From NCBI GenBank assembly GCA_963715195.1, contig CAVQRT010000006.1, forward strand, positions 31,543-95,542: 64,000 nt of DNA. Direction: 5' to 3'. Positions 41,028-50,603 of this stretch are shown here, piece after piece. The notes under the pieces were generated by a model. It was not told the DNA's origin. It did not search any database and saw only the letters and a program-made list of their open reading frames with translations. Origin of the DNA: Thermodesulfovibrionales bacterium. GTDB taxonomy: Bacteria; Nitrospirota; Thermodesulfovibrionia; Thermodesulfovibrionales; SM23-35. How positions within the stretch are numbered: the first letter of the stretch is position 1; the number at the start of each line of letters is the position of its first letter. Both the position numbers and the translations under genes were made by a program.

Positions 41028-42409
41028 TTTCTTATGGTATGGATTGCTTCACCGTGGACGTCTGCGGCTGCTTCCTGCAGAACCTCGGATAACGTCGGAT
41101 GGGCGTGCATCATTCTCGATAGGTCTTTTGTTCTGAGGCCTGCTGATATTGCGAGGACAGCCTCATGAATGAGGTCAGAGGCATGTGGACCGATGATGTG
41201 AACGCCCAGGACCTTGTCCGATGTTTCATCAGAGATGATCTTGACCATCCCGTCGATTTCTCCGATGATGTGGGATTTTGCGAGGGTCCGGAATTGAAAA
41301 TGACCAGTGCGAACTTTGATGCCTCTTTCAGCCGCCTGCTGTTCCCTGATGCCGACCGAGGCGATCTCCGGAGAGGTGAAAATCGCAGACGGTACCGCGC
41401 TGTAATCGATGCGCTCATCAACTCCTGTGCAATTTTTTGCTGCAACGATGCCCTCTGCTGAAGCAACGTGCGCCAGAAGATGGCGGCCGGTGACATCGCC
41501 GACAGCATATATCCCGGGTATGGTTGTCTCCATTTTATCATTTACGGTGATCTCTCCAGACGGGCCTTTTTCGATACCGACGCTCTCCGTGCCGATGCCT
41601 TTGCTGTTCAAGGATCTTCCGGCTGATACAAGAGCCTTTTCCGCTATGATCTCCCGGCCACCAGCAAGCAAAATGCGAATGCTGCCGTCCTGCAAATCAA
41701 CGCTGTCGATGCTAATATTGGCAAGCAGCCTGATCCCCATTTTCCTGAGTTCACGCTCAAACAGGTCGGATATCCCGGTATCTTCAGATGCAAGGGCCCG
41801 CGGCAGTTTCTCGAGCAGGGTAACCTCGGAACCCAGCTGGCGAAAGATGCATGCGAATTCGCATCCGCTGACTCCGGCACCAATAATGGCAAGGCTTTTC
41901 GGTATGGCATCCAATCTGAATACATCGTCTGTGGATAGGATATGTGTTCCGTCAAATGGAAACCCCTGCAGTTCATAAGGCCTCGATCCCGTTGCCAGAA
42001 TTATCCGGTCTGCTGGTACTGTCTCCCGGGTGTTATTTCGCGGTGTAACGGATATTTCAGACGGTGACAGGATCTGTCCCCGTCCTTCTGTGAATGCGAT
42101 CCCGTGTGCCTTGAAAAGATTCCGTATCCCTTTTGCCTGCAGGCCGACAATTGTGTCTTTTCTCTCGAGAATTTTTGCGAAATTCAGTGCAATCTCTCCT
42201 GTTATATCGATACCGAATTCCTGCAACCTTTTTGCCCGGGAAAAATTCTCTGATGAGGAAGCGAGGATTTTTGTGGGTATGCATCCCCAGTTCAGGCAGG
42301 TTCCGCCGACGAGGTTTTCTTCAATAACGGTTACCCGTGCACCTAATTGAGCGGCTTTCACTGCTGCAACATACCCTCCAGGACCTGAGCCGAGTATTGC
42401 CAATTTCAT
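41024..42409 (-). CDS. lpdA: Dihydrolipoyl dehydrogenase
   Basis: GSGPGG, GGTCLNWGCIP, GAGVSG, HAHPTLSE. Confidence 0.95.
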   Translation of the reverse strand: MKLAILGSGPGGYVAAVKAAQLGARVTVIEENLVGGTCLNWGCIPTKILASSSENFSRAKRLQEFGIDITGEIALNFAKILERKDTIVGLQAKGIRNLFKAHGIAFTEGRGQILSPSEISVTPRNNTRETVPADRIILATGSRPYELQGFPFDGTHILSTDDVFRLDAIPKSLAIIGAGVSGCEFACIFRQLGSEVTLLEKLPRALASEDTGISDLFERELRKMGIRLLANISIDSVDLQDGSIRILLAGGREIIAEKALVSAGRSLNSKGIGTESVGIEKGPSGEITVNDKMETTIPGIYAVGDVTGRHLLAHVASAEGIVAAKNCTGVDERIDYSAVPSAIFTSPEIASVGIREQQAAERGIKVRTGHFQFRTLAKSHIIGEIDGMVKIISDETSDKVLGVHIIGPHASDLIHEAVLAISAGLRTKDLSRMMHAHPTLSEVLQEAAADVHGEAIHTIRK

Positions 42410-42792
42410 TTGGCTTCTTCTTCAACATACTTTGCATACTCAGATGAATCCATCAGATCATCCAGCTCTGATGCATCATCGATCTCAATAACCGCTATCC
42501 AGCCCTTTCCGTAAGGATCATCATTGATAACCTCGGGTGTTTCGCTCAAATCGTCGTTGACCTGTATAATTCTGCCGCTGACGGGAGCAATGATGGAAGA
42601 GGTTGCCTTTGTCGATTCAATCTCACCGATTTCACTGTTCGCTTCAGTTTCGCTGTCGGTCTCGGGCAGATCAATGTAGACGATATCTCCGAGTGCATCC
42701 TGCGCATAGTTTGTAATACCGATGGTTACCTTCTTGCCCGACAGCCTGATCCAGGTATGCTCTTTATGGTATTTCAGATCATCCGGATTCAT
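42406..42792 (-). CDS. gcvH: Glycine cleavage H protein
   Basis: HTW, GITNYAQDALGDIVY, IESTKA (lipoyl Lys), NDDPYGKGW. Confidence 0.95.
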   Translation of the reverse strand: MNPDDLKYHKEHTWIRLSGKKVTIGITNYAQDALGDIVYIDLPETDSETEANSEIGEIESTKATSSIIAPVSGRIIQVNDDLSETPEVINDDPYGKGWIAVIEIDDASELDDLMDSSEYAKYVEEEAK

Positions 42793-42879
42793 TCACACCT
42801 CCTTGAGTGTTATCTCGTTCTGATTTCTTATCATAGGTTTTTGCGCTTTGTCAAGGAAGACCCGGAAGAACCCCGCAGC

Positions 42880-42909
42880 TTGACACATTTTGAAAACACC
42901 TTTTATAAT
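42880..42909 (+). promoter_or_regulatory. Sigma70 promoter of the yceD-rpmF-plsX-fabH operon
   Basis: TTGACA-N18-TATAAT. Confidence 0.75.
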
Positions 42910-42937
42910 TAAATGCTTTGCTCCTGATCTTTTAAAG

Positions 42938-43444
42938 ATGAAGATACTCATTCCCGATATACCAAAAGATGGAATCAGCATTGATATTCAGGAAACGCTT
43001 TACACTGACAGTGTCCCGGTTACGGTACTCGGAAGATTGAATGTCGAGAAGGCAGGGGGCGAAGTTTTGGTGAAAGGCAGCCTGAAAGCTGAGGCCATGC
43101 TGCAGTGCAGCAGGTGCCTGAAAACATTCAGGGGTGATATATCGATTTCTATCGATGTGTGCTATCATCCGGTTGAAGAACTGACCGGAGGGGATTGTCA
43201 CGAGGTCACATCTGAAGAACTTGATCTGGATTTCTATGCAGGCGACGAACTGGATATTATGAATCTTCTGAGTGAACAGGTGGCACTGAATCTCCCGATG
43301 AAACCCCTCTGCAATGATATATGCAGAGGGATCTGCCCGAATTGCGGCACGGACTTGAATATCAGCGGCTGCTCATGCAGCCCCGACAATATTGATCCAC
43401 GTTTTCAAAAACTGAAAAAATTACTGAAAGAGGGAAAGGAGTAA
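42938..43444 (+). CDS. yceD: YceD/DUF177 protein
   Basis: CSRCL, PMKPLC..CRGICPNCG, IDPRF; precedes rpmF. Confidence 0.9.
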   Translation: MKILIPDIPKDGISIDIQETLYTDSVPVTVLGRLNVEKAGGEVLVKGSLKAEAMLQCSRCLKTFRGDISISIDVCYHPVEELTGGDCHEVTSEELDLDFYAGDELDIMNLLSEQVALNLPMKPLCNDICRGICPNCGTDLNISGCSCSPDNIDPRFQKLKKLLKEGKE

Positions 43445-43447
43445 CGG

Positions 43448-43636
43448 GTGGCTAATCCAACGCATAGACATACACGTTCGAGAAGGGACAAGAGGAGAGC
43501 AAACTGGAAGGGGGAACTGCCCAACCTGAGCCTCTGCCCTGATTGCAATGAATTAAAGACATCGTTTAAGGTTTGTCCTCATTGCGGTTCCTACAATGGA
43601 CGCAGAGTCCTCACCATTGTCGAAAAAGAAGAATGA
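43448..43636 (+). CDS. rpmF: 50S ribosomal protein L32
   Basis: RSRRDKRR, CPDC..CPHCGSY. Confidence 0.95.
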   Translation: MANPTHRHTRSRRDKRRANWKGELPNLSLCPDCNELKTSFKVCPHCGSYNGRRVLTIVEKEE

Positions 43637-44661
43637 AAATTGCCCTGGATGCTATGGGGGGAGACTATGCCCCCGCAGTTACCATCGAGGGTGCAGTCGA
43701 AACGGTAAACAGTTTTCAGGATATCGACGTTATCCTCGTCGGTGACGAACCCACCTTAATCCGGGAACTTGACAGCAAACGGTTTTCTCCGAACCGCATT
43801 ACCATCAAGCATGCATCACAGGTCGTCAAGATGGATGAGTCCGCAGCTTCCGCAATACGCAGGAAAAAGGATTCATCCATACGGAGGGGAATAGAACTCC
43901 TCAAGAGCAAGGAAGCGGATGGTTTCGTCAGCGCCGGGCACTCCGGTGTTGTCATGGCAACAGCGCTTCTTGTGCTCGGCGTATCTGATGTTGTCGACAG
44001 ACCTGCCATAGCCGCTATCATGCCAACGCTGAAATCTCCATTTGTTCTTATTGACGCAGGTGCGAACCTCCGTTGTAAACCGGAGAATTTGCTGCAGTTT
44101 GCCCTGATGGGAAACACGTATTACAAGTTTATCCTTGGAAAGGAAGCGCCAAGGGTAGCTCTTGTGAGCACGGGTGAGGAGGATTCGAAGGGAAACGAAC
44201 TCACTAAGGAAACCTTTAAGCTGCTCAAGGAGGCCGAGCTGAATTTTATCGGGAACATTGACGGAAAAGATATATTCACCGGGGATGCCGATGTGATTGT
44301 CTGTGACGGATTTACCGGCAATGTTATCTTAAAGACCAGCGAAGGTCTTGCGGATGCACTCATCCGCATGCTGAAAAGGGAAGTCGCAGCCCTCACAACC
44401 GGAAGGATCGGTTATTTATTATTGAAACCTGCTTTACGAAACTTTAAAAAGAAGACAGATTATGATGAGTACGGAGGTGCTCCATTGCTCGGCATTCAGG
44501 GTGCCTGCATTATAAGCCATGGCAGATCAACTGCCAAAGCGGTTAAGAATGCCATGAAGGTCGCATCGGAATTTGCACAGAAAAGGGTTCACGAGATCAT
44601 ATCATCAGCAATCGAGGACGATCTTTCGCATCACGAAAGGCTCTCTCTTGGTAAGAAGTAG
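43633..44661 (+). CDS. plsX: Phosphate acyltransferase PlsX
   Basis: IALDAMGGD, RPAI, DAGAN, VCDGFTGN, YGGAPLLG, SHG. Confidence 0.96.
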   Translation: MKIALDAMGGDYAPAVTIEGAVETVNSFQDIDVILVGDEPTLIRELDSKRFSPNRITIKHASQVVKMDESAASAIRRKKDSSIRRGIELLKSKEADGFVSAGHSGVVMATALLVLGVSDVVDRPAIAAIMPTLKSPFVLIDAGANLRCKPENLLQFALMGNTYYKFILGKEAPRVALVSTGEEDSKGNELTKETFKLLKEAELNFIGNIDGKDIFTGDADVIVCDGFTGNVILKTSEGLADALIRMLKREVAALTTGRIGYLLLKPALRNFKKKTDYDEYGGAPLLGIQGACIISHGRSTAKAVKNAMKVASEFAQKRVHEIISSAIEDDLSHHERLSLGKK

Positions 44662-45628
44662 AATAATATCTATCGGGTCCTACGTTCCTGACAGGGTTCT
44701 TTCCAATTCCGATCTCGAAGAGCTGGTTGATACGTCGGATGCATGGATAACCGACAGGACAGGCATCAAAGAGAGACGGATCGCCGATGACAATCAGGCT
44801 ACCTCAGACCTTGCATTCGAAGCTTCAAAAATTGCCATTGAACGGGCGGGTCTGAACGCCAGGGACATCGATATGATCATCGTCGCAACCATAACCGGTG
44901 ATATGCCGTTCCCTTCTACCGCCTGCTTTCTCCAGAACAAGCTTGGCGCATCACGGGCTGTCGGATTTGATATTAATGCGACCTGCTCAGGATTCCTTTA
45001 TGCACTGTACATCGCTGACGGGTTGGTGCGCTCCGGTATGCACCGCAGAATCCTTATAGTCGGAGCAGAGGTGCTCTCAAGGGTTACCGACTGGAAAGAC
45101 AGGGCAACCTGTGTTCTTTTCGGTGACGGGGCAGGGGCTGTGATTGTCGAGGCAACCAGCGAAGAGAGGGGAATACTCTCGATGTCCATCAACTCCGACG
45201 GGAGCATGTGGGAGCTTATCAATATCCCCGGCGGCGGTTCACGAAATCCGTCGTCACCAGATACCCTGAATCAGGGAATGCATTACATACGGATGAAGGG
45301 AAACGAAACCTTCAAGGTTGCAGTGCGGACTCTGGAGGAGGTCGCACTGAAAACCCTTGCCGATAATGGAATGAATCCATCACAGCTTACACTCCTCGTT
45401 CCACACCAGGCGAATCTCCGGATCATACAGGCAACGGCAGAAAGGCTTAGTTTGCCAATGGAAAGGGTCGTTGTGAATCTCGAACGGTACGGGAATACCT
45501 CTGCTGCATCTATTCCGATAGCACTCGATGAAGCAATGATGGACGGGCGGATCAAAGACGGAGATTATCTTCTCCTCGAGGCTTTCGGCGGAGGCCTCAC
45601 CTGGGCGGCTGCTTTAATAAAGTGGTAA
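44648..45628 (+). CDS. fabH: 3-oxoacyl-ACP synthase III
   Basis: ATCSGF, FGDGAGA, PHQAN, GNTSAAS, FGGGLTW; TTG start inferred. Confidence 0.95.
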   Translation: MVRSRIISIGSYVPDRVLSNSDLEELVDTSDAWITDRTGIKERRIADDNQATSDLAFEASKIAIERAGLNARDIDMIIVATITGDMPFPSTACFLQNKLGASRAVGFDINATCSGFLYALYIADGLVRSGMHRRILIVGAEVLSRVTDWKDRATCVLFGDGAGAVIVEATSEERGILSMSINSDGSMWELINIPGGGSRNPSSPDTLNQGMHYIRMKGNETFKVAVRTLEEVALKTLADNGMNPSQLTLLVPHQANLRIIQATAERLSLPMERVVVNLERYGNTSAASIPIALDEAMMDGRIKDGDYLLLEAFGGGLTWAAALIKW

Positions 45629-47764
45629 TTTCTTTTTTCCGGTATCAAGGATTCGCCGGACCGTTGCCAGGAGCTCCGTCTGATCAAAGGGCTTTTTCAC
45701 AAAGGCATCAACTGCTCCACCATCCCGGATGGCAATATCGCTGAATCCGGAGATGGCAAGAATCTTGATCTCCGGGTTGATGTTTTTCAAGATCCTGATC
45801 AGATCATTTCCTTCAACGAGCGGCATCACGATGTCGGTTATCACGAGTTTAATTTTTGTGAGATTAGCCTTGAACACATCGATAGCATTCAGGGCATTGT
45901 TGACCGGCATGACATGGTATCCATGGTTTTCAAGGAGATCTGATAGTACATTCAGGACATCGCTGTCATCGTCGACGATCAGGATACTTTCATCCCCCTC
46001 GATGATTGTCATCCGCGGTTTAACCGGTGCCTGACCGGTTCTCTCGGAAAGCGGGAAATAGATTTCGAATGTTGTGCCTTTCATGAGTTCACTGCTGACG
46101 GAGATATACCCTTTATGGTCCTTCACAATGCCGTATACCGTAGCGAGACCCAGACCAGTCCCTTTCCCTTTTTCTTTCGTCGTGAAGAACGGATCAAAAA
46201 TCTTGCTGATGATATCCGGTGAAATACCGGTACCGGTATCAGAAAACGTGAGAATGACGTATCTCCCCGGCTGAATATACAATGGGATCTTCGTCCGTTC
46301 TTCTCCGATATCTGTCAGACGAGTTGTGATGGTAACATGGCCCCCGTCAGGCATGGCATCCTTGGCGTTAATCATAAGATTCATCATGATCTGTTCGATC
46401 TGATTGGGATCACCTTCAATGATGGGTGTATGTTCGGAAAAGTTGACCTTCAGGCCTATCTTCTTATTCAGCACCCCCTCAAAGATTTTCAGGGAATCAT
46501 TGATCACATCATGGAGATTCAGGGGAAGCACTTCATGCGAGTCCCGCCGGGCAAAACTCAGGAGCTTGGTGACCATCACTCCTGCTTTGCGGGCAGAGCT
46601 CTCGATGTTCCGGACCCTCTGCCGGGATACATCATCAAGATTGCTGAACTCAAGGAGAAGTTCAGCGTACCCTAAAATGGCTGTCAGGATATTATTGAAA
46701 TTATGGGCGATGCCCCCTGCAAGAACCCCGATTGACTCCATTTTTGTTGAGTGCAACAATTGTTCCTGAAACTGTTTCTTTTCCGTAATATCCCGGTAAA
46801 AAGACTGAATATATTGTTCACCTTCGATGTCAATGGAATTGCTGCTCACCTCGAGGAGCACCTTGCTGCCGTCCTTTTTGTAATGTTCAGTTTCATAAAT
46901 CAGGGACTCCCCTTCAAGGATCCTTGCCAATCTCAGCTGGAAATGCTCCCTGTCGTACTTTGCGTCAAGAAGTTCCATGCCCACGCCTATCAAGGCATCT
47001 TTCTCAAATCCGTGCATGTCGCATGCTCTCTGGTTTACATTGATGATTCTTCCATTTTTGTCCAGCACGATAATTCCATCTGTTGCATAATTAAAAATGG
47101 CTTTATACCATTTTTCTGATATTGACAGCTCTTTGGTGCGCTCCTGAACCAGATGCTCAAGATTGGTTGAATAGATTTTCAGCTGCTCTTTTTCAGCAGA
47201 AAGATCATATTCAAGAGCAAGTTTGTTCATGAGAAGTTTTTGATTGATATATTTCCATATGAATCCGATAATGAATATAGAAATGAGGAATAAGTTATTG
47301 TTGACAAAAATCTCGAGGTCGGTAATGGTATCGATGAAAAAAATAGGGATGAGATAAATGCTGTAAATGATGGATGCCAGCAGGAAGGTGACCGGTAAGG
47401 AGACCGGCAGCATACCGATAATAAACACGAAGGTTACGATCATCCCGGCATAATAGGTCGATGCATGCCCTCCTGTGGCGAGGATCATCAATTCAACCAT
47501 GAAAGAAACGATAACTGTCGCTGTAATCGTAATGCCAAGCTGGAGATTCTTATTTAGGTAACGGTTATTCAGAATGAAGAGCCCGATAAACAATCCTATG
47601 CTCACAATTCTCATGATAAAAAATGCAGAAAAATGCTCTGGAGTTACGAGGAAATCCAAAAGGATGAGCAGACCGATGACGAATATCCCTGAAGGAAGGA
47701 CGACGGAACCCCAGGAACGGAGTAGTTTTAAAATCTCATGTTCGATATAACTCTTCTTGTCCAT
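45614..47764 (-). CDS. Hybrid sensor kinase (about 6 TM-PAS-HisKA-HATPase-REC)
   Basis: LAGGIAHNFNN, NAKDAM, DTGTG, PFFTTK, GTGLGL, VDDD..DIVMP..KKPF. Confidence 0.92.
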   Translation of the reverse strand: MDKKSYIEHEILKLLRSWGSVVLPSGIFVIGLLILLDFLVTPEHFSAFFIMRIVSIGLFIGLFILNNRYLNKNLQLGITITATVIVSFMVELMILATGGHASTYYAGMIVTFVFIIGMLPVSLPVTFLLASIIYSIYLIPIFFIDTITDLEIFVNNNLFLISIFIIGFIWKYINQKLLMNKLALEYDLSAEKEQLKIYSTNLEHLVQERTKELSISEKWYKAIFNYATDGIIVLDKNGRIINVNQRACDMHGFEKDALIGVGMELLDAKYDREHFQLRLARILEGESLIYETEHYKKDGSKVLLEVSSNSIDIEGEQYIQSFYRDITEKKQFQEQLLHSTKMESIGVLAGGIAHNFNNILTAILGYAELLLEFSNLDDVSRQRVRNIESSARKAGVMVTKLLSFARRDSHEVLPLNLHDVINDSLKIFEGVLNKKIGLKVNFSEHTPIIEGDPNQIEQIMMNLMINAKDAMPDGGHVTITTRLTDIGEERTKIPLYIQPGRYVILTFSDTGTGISPDIISKIFDPFFTTKEKGKGTGLGLATVYGIVKDHKGYISVSSELMKGTTFEIYFPLSERTGQAPVKPRMTIIEGDESILIVDDDSDVLNVLSDLLENHGYHVMPVNNALNAIDVFKANLTKIKLVITDIVMPLVEGNDLIRILKNINPEIKILAISGFSDIAIRDGGAVDAFVKKPFDQTELLATVRRILDTGKKKLPLY

Positions 47765-47917
47765 GGAATTACAGAAAAATGTCCTGAAATCAGAAAAGGG
47801 CCTGTCTTCCCCCGTGTTAAAGGCCTGGCGTTATAATACCTCAGACAAAGCAGAGATGTAAATCGTTTAATATATACTAAAGTAATTCTTTATATAATAT
47901 AAATAACAGACTGATAA

Positions 47918-48496
47918 TTATATATAATTTAAGGAACAAGCAAGAACTCCCTGTGCTCTTGGCGCAGGGAATTCTCCGGTAAGCCGGAGAATGATAATTG
48001 ATTTATAGTCTTTGTTTTTTCTGATTATCTTCGGCCTGTCCCTTTTTGCATTCACAATACAGAAGAAACCAAACGGTTGATTTGAAGTATTCTTCAACTG
48101 ATGAGGTTCACTTGGTTTAATATAGACCGTATCAAGGAATCCGATTTTGTATCTTTTCTTGCCTGCAATACAAATGCCCTGTCCCCTGATACCGATGACC
48201 ACGTGTTCGTGCTTGTGCATTTCGAAACTGCTGAATCCATCAGGAGCTATTTCAAAATATCTCAGATGGAATTTTGCTGATTCTCCATGATTGCCGATCA
48301 GGGTCTGCCTGATAATATCAGACCATTCGTCCCCTCCTGGTTTGTATTTTTCGGTAAGGATGCCCTGCCAGGTGAAGTTCCCTCTGTATTTAAAAAACCT
48401 CGTCGTGTTGAGAAATGATTCCTTGATACGCTTCTCAGGACTTCTTTTCCAATCGCAGGGAAAAGCGTTTTTTTTATTCTTTGCCGTGATGTTCAT
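47918..48496 (-). CDS. Cupin, methylthio-xylulose-5-phosphate methylsulfurylase-like
   Basis: FTWQG..KYK, IRQTL, LRYFEIAPDGFSSFEMHKHEH, EPHQ, PFGFFCIV..RDRP; start uncertain. Confidence 0.7.
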   Translation of the reverse strand: MNITAKNKKNAFPCDWKRSPEKRIKESFLNTTRFFKYRGNFTWQGILTEKYKPGGDEWSDIIRQTLIGNHGESAKFHLRYFEIAPDGFSSFEMHKHEHVVIGIRGQGICIAGKKRYKIGFLDTVYIKPSEPHQLKNTSNQPFGFFCIVNAKRDRPKIIRKNKDYKSIIILRLTGEFPAPRAQGVLACSLNYI

Positions 48497-49517
48497 CAAA
48501 TACAATGATACACTTTAGAGAATTTTTTGCCTCGGCAGTCAGCTTGAACGCCTTTGCCGTGTGCTCAATCGGGAATCGGTGCGTAACAAGCCTTTGAGCG
48601 CTTATAATCCGTTCCCTGATGATTCCAAGGGCCTCTCTGGTATCCCCTGGTCCGCAGGAATAGCTGGTGATGATATTGATGTCCCTGAAATACAAATCAT
48701 TCGGATCACAGACAAGCTGCTCTCCTGGTTTGGACGGAGTGAAAAAAAGGACGCTCCCTCCGGCTCCGGCAGCCTCAATACCCTGTTTCATTGCCTGAAC
48801 ACTGTTTGGTCCGACGACAACGATATCTGCCATTGCGCCGTGCGTCAGCTCTTTCAAGGAATCGAAAAGATGATCCTTCGATACATCAATGACCTCGTCC
48901 GCACCGCATTCTTTTGCCTTCCTGAGCCGGTATGGGACCATGTCGGCACCGATGATCCTTGCTGTCCCGTATTTTTTTGCCAGGAGAATATGCATCAGGC
49001 CCATTGTCCCGAGTCCGATAACAAGAACCGTTTCTCCGCCCTTGATATGGACTCTCTTCAATGCCTTTATGACACAAGCTGCAGGCTCTATCAGTGTTGC
49101 ATCTTCATAACTCACATTTTCAGGAATCCGTAAGGTATCGTTTTCGAGATTTATCTGGGGTACCAGAATAAATTCGGAGATCCCTCCGGGGACGAGTTTC
49201 GTATTTTGCCAGGTTCTGCACTGAACATAGTTGCCTCTGATGCAATACCTGCAAGCAAGGCACGGCGCGTGATGGTGCACAAAAACACTGTCTCCTCGCC
49301 TGAAAGAGGTAACTTCGGAGCCGACCTCGACAATCTTACCTGCAGGCTCATGGCCGATGACAAGAGGCGCTTTTTTTTCGATATACCATGGCATCACGTC
49401 GCCGGAGCATATACCGCATGTTTTCGTCCTGATCAAGGCATCATGAGGACCAATTTCGGGGATAGGAACATCCTCGATCCGGATATCATGAAAACTGTAG
49501 AGTTTCGCGACTTTCAA
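48474..49517 (-). CDS. Zn-dependent medium-chain dehydrogenase (polyol-dehydrogenase-like)
   Basis: CGICSGD, GHE, CxxCxxC..C, IEP, GLGTMG; TTG start. Confidence 0.88.
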   Translation of the reverse strand: MKVAKLYSFHDIRIEDVPIPEIGPHDALIRTKTCGICSGDVMPWYIEKKAPLVIGHEPAGKIVEVGSEVTSFRRGDSVFVHHHAPCLACRYCIRGNYVQCRTWQNTKLVPGGISEFILVPQINLENDTLRIPENVSYEDATLIEPAACVIKALKRVHIKGGETVLVIGLGTMGLMHILLAKKYGTARIIGADMVPYRLRKAKECGADEVIDVSKDHLFDSLKELTHGAMADIVVVGPNSVQAMKQGIEAAGAGGSVLFFTPSKPGEQLVCDPNDLYFRDINIITSYSCGPGDTREALGIIRERIISAQRLVTHRFPIEHTAKAFKLTAEAKNSLKCIIVFDEHHGKE

Positions 49518-49606
49518 GGTGATGGTAAGGTAATATCTATATCTTTCGTGAGTCTCGGTCCACCATAAAGAATAACTGCCTGACCAGCGATCACCATGTA
49601 GGGAAT
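49514..49606 (-). pseudogene. N-terminal fragment of a nucleotidyltransferase (AbiEii/DUF6036-like)
   Basis: Translates IPYMVIAGQAVILYGGPRLTKDIDITL, matching the G(G)xA...PRxTxDxD motif; no start codon, stops at the dehydrogenase start. Confidence 0.55.
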
Positions 49607-49781
49607 CTGAATGCTACTTCATTTTCGGCCTATTTTTGTTCGAAGCCATAGTAATTTTATCACAAAAGAGAGGATGATTGAATAACAAAATCTAGGTCAT
49701 TTGAAATAGTAATTCACATTTGCTGGAGATACCTGTACAACGTGGTGTAATTTTTAGTTTATAGAGAAGGGGACAAATGTA

Positions 49782-49955
49782 ATGTCACAAGGAACTGTGA
49801 AGTGGTTTAACAAGAGTAAAGGTTTCGGATTCATTACTGCTGAAGATGGCACTGATGTTTTTGTCCACCATACGTCCATCCAGGGTAGTGGTTTTACTGG
49901 AACCTCAAAATCAAAATTTAAAATAGTTATTGACATTTCTTTTCCTATTCATTGA
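49782..49955 (+). pseudogene. Truncated cold-shock protein
   Basis: [38 protein letters not shown] (RNP1, RNP2), then unrelated sequence after codon 38. Confidence 0.85.
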
Positions 49956-49978
49956 AAATAACAGATGTATTGATATAG

Positions 49979-50047
49979 ATAGTGGTGGCTCTTAATTTGT
50001 ACCTGTCAAGCCAAAAGTCACAGGTTCAGTTTCTACCCACCCCGCCA
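49979..50047 (+). pseudogene. Decayed tRNA-Asp(GTC)
   Basis: CT-GTC-AA anticodon loop, GGTTC T-loop, 3' CCACCCCGCCA; stems mismatched, D-arm partly deleted. Confidence 0.6.
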
Positions 50048-50095
50048 TTAATCCCTCATTTCAATTCAATAAATTCTGTGGAGGTTACGATAAAG

Positions 50096-50476
50096 ATGGC
50101 TATTAAGCAAAAAATTGCATTATTTTTTCTCTGTAAGTTTGTCGTTATTGGGATGCTATTTCTCACATTAAGATATAGTGCTGAAATTGATATGGACTCA
50201 CCTGAAAGGACAGGTATTTTTACCGCATATACTGCAAGTGTTTTTCAAACTGACAGTACCCCAATGATTACTGCAAGTAACATTAACGTGAGAAAGGGCA
50301 TTATTGCCAATAATTGCCTTCCATTTGGAACAAAGATTAAGGTGAATAATAAAATCTTTGAAATTCAGGATAGGATGAACGAGAGATACGGATGCGATAA
50401 TTTCGATATATATATGACGAAATATTATAAAGCTATAGATTTTGGGAGGCAAACATTAGAATACGAGATTATTTAA
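50096..50476 (+). CDS. 3D-domain (MltA-like/RlpA fold) exported protein
   Basis: TAYT..QTD..TAS, LPFGTKI, QDRM, FDIY, FGRQ; N-terminal TM; GGAGG RBS. Confidence 0.8.
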   Translation: MAIKQKIALFFLCKFVVIGMLFLTLRYSAEIDMDSPERTGIFTAYTASVFQTDSTPMITASNINVRKGIIANNCLPFGTKIKVNNKIFEIQDRMNERYGCDNFDIYMTKYYKAIDFGRQTLEYEII

Positions 50477-50603
50477 AAATATGGAACTAAGATGGAGAAT
50501 CTCTGATTTCCTAAACTTCTTCACGGTTTAATGAACGGATTCAGCGTGAGCTTCTTCACCTTTGGTGACTTTTTTTTCTTCTTCTATGGTTACCGGGATA
50601 TAT

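Noticed and set aside
41024..42792. gcvH-lpdA without gcvT/gcvP
   Set aside because: Dispersed gcv genes are common; the rest may lie outside the window
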